Positions 62,989 through 64,000 of a stretch of DNA of 64,000 nucleotides are shown piece by piece. This DNA is from Anthoceros angustus (Eukaryota > Plantae > Anthocerotophyta). The stretch is from assembly GCA_010909165.1 (NCBI GenBank), contig MU008174.1, positions 62,001 to 126,000 on the forward strand. Reading direction: 5' to 3'. Positions within the stretch are counted from its first letter, which is position 1; every line of letters starts with the position of its first letter. A model generated the notes under the pieces. That model was not told the DNA's origin, did no database searches, and saw nothing but the letters and a program-made list of their open reading frames with translations. A program made the translations under genes and the position numbers.

Positions 62989-63988
62989 GCACTAGCCGAG
63001 GGAAGTCTCAGTGATAATTCGGAGGAAATGCTTGTGCTCCCCTAAACCAAGGTGAGATTGCTAGCAGGATGTGCAGTCCTAGGTCGACGTTGTGGTCCCG
63101 AGCACCCCAAGGATCCGTTCATCCCACACTGTGCGAGAGGACGAGGATGCACCGTACAAGAGGGCAAGAGCATGTCCCACAATTTGGGCATCTCCCGTTG
63201 ATGCCCATGTTGGGGATGGTATTGAAATTCCAGCAGTGTTTTGATGATGAGTTGAAGGGCAACAAGCGGAGCGGTAGAAAGCGAAGAGGATTTGGGACTT
63301 ACAAAGATGAGGTTCTCCTTTCTCATTTGCATGAATCGTAGCGTGGGCGGTTTCTTATTTTTCCGAGTAGTCTTGTGGCAATTCGGTCTAAGCTACAACA
63401 GTTGTAGCTCGGACAAAAAGCACACTCACCACGAAGGGAACAAGGAGGCGGGTTGGGAAGAGGTCAAGATGTGAGATCCGCCGTCCGGTTTATGATCGAT
63501 TGGAGGTTCAAATGTGTCCGCATGCTAGCAAGGGCGGGACATGCACTCCCTCGGCAAAAGCACTAGGCGAGGGAAGTCTCGAGTGATAATTCGGAGGAAA
63601 TGCTTGTGCTCCCCTAAACCAAGGTGAGATTGCTAGCAGGGGAGTGCAGTCCTAGGATCGAGGGTTGTGGTCCCGAGCACCCCAAGGATCCTGCTCATCC
63701 CACACTGTGCGAGAGGACGAGGATGCACCGTACAAGAGGGCAAGAGCATGTCCCACAATTTGGGCATCTCCCGTTGATGCCCATGTTGGGGATATTGAAA
63801 TTCCAGCAGTGTTTTGATGATGAGGTGAAGGGCAACAAGCGGAGCGGTAGAAAGCGAAGAGGATTTGGGACTTACAAAGATGAGGTTCTCCTTTCTCATT
63901 TGCATGAATCGTAGCGTGGGCTTTCTTATTTTTCCAGAGTAGTCTTGTGGCAATTCAGGTCTAAGCTACAACAGTTGTAGCTCGGACA
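62846..63988. repeat. Two tandem copies of a ~570-bp unit
   Basis: AAAGCACACTCACCACGAAGGGAACAAGGAGGCGG occurs at ~62847 and ~63417. The ORF track shows near-identical translations (63042-63332 and 63633-63953). Confidence 0.92.
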
Positions 63989-64000
63989 CGTAAATCAAGC

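Larger units (their letters stand above)
57830..64000. mobile_element. CACTA/En-Spm element: left terminus, subterminal repeats and repetitive interior
   Basis: CACTACTAGGAAAA at 57830 is followed by many TTTAC(A/T)ACG-type subterminal repeats up to ~58300. No right TIR or transposase was recognised, so the extent is uncertain. Confidence 0.7.

Overview
Eukaryotic nuclear DNA, most likely from a non-seed land plant with flagellated sperm. This is inferred from plant organelle-import genes with short GT-AG introns plus a WDR92 ciliary gene. Two single N characters (5458 and 23133) look like contig joins. 1-17.1 kb is a field of decayed retrotransposons: three Ty1/copia remnants and a chromodomain-bearing Ty3/gypsy element with both short LTRs. 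17.5-23.1 kb is AT-rich and indel-riddled. It holds a CYP59/PPIL4 cyclophilin fragment, a stellacyanin-type phytocyanin, a three-exon CIB-like EF-hand gene that the ORF track shows only in pieces, and the 3' half of WDR92. After 23133 the DNA is abruptly GC-richer, with intact spliced genes: peroxisomal AAE7-like acyl-CoA ligase, a bacterial-type tandem retropepsin aspartic protease head-to-head with TIC40, TOM9/TOM22, an Ac45/VOA1-like membrane protein and a CYP85-clan P450. The window ends with a retroelement extra-ORF remnant and a CACTA terminus at 57830 followed by about 2.16 kb and 0.57 kb tandem duplications. The best leads are the CIB-like/WDR92 pair in a compositionally distinct block and the double-domain retropepsin beside TIC40. 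All calls come from manual translation and recalled motifs; no searches were run.
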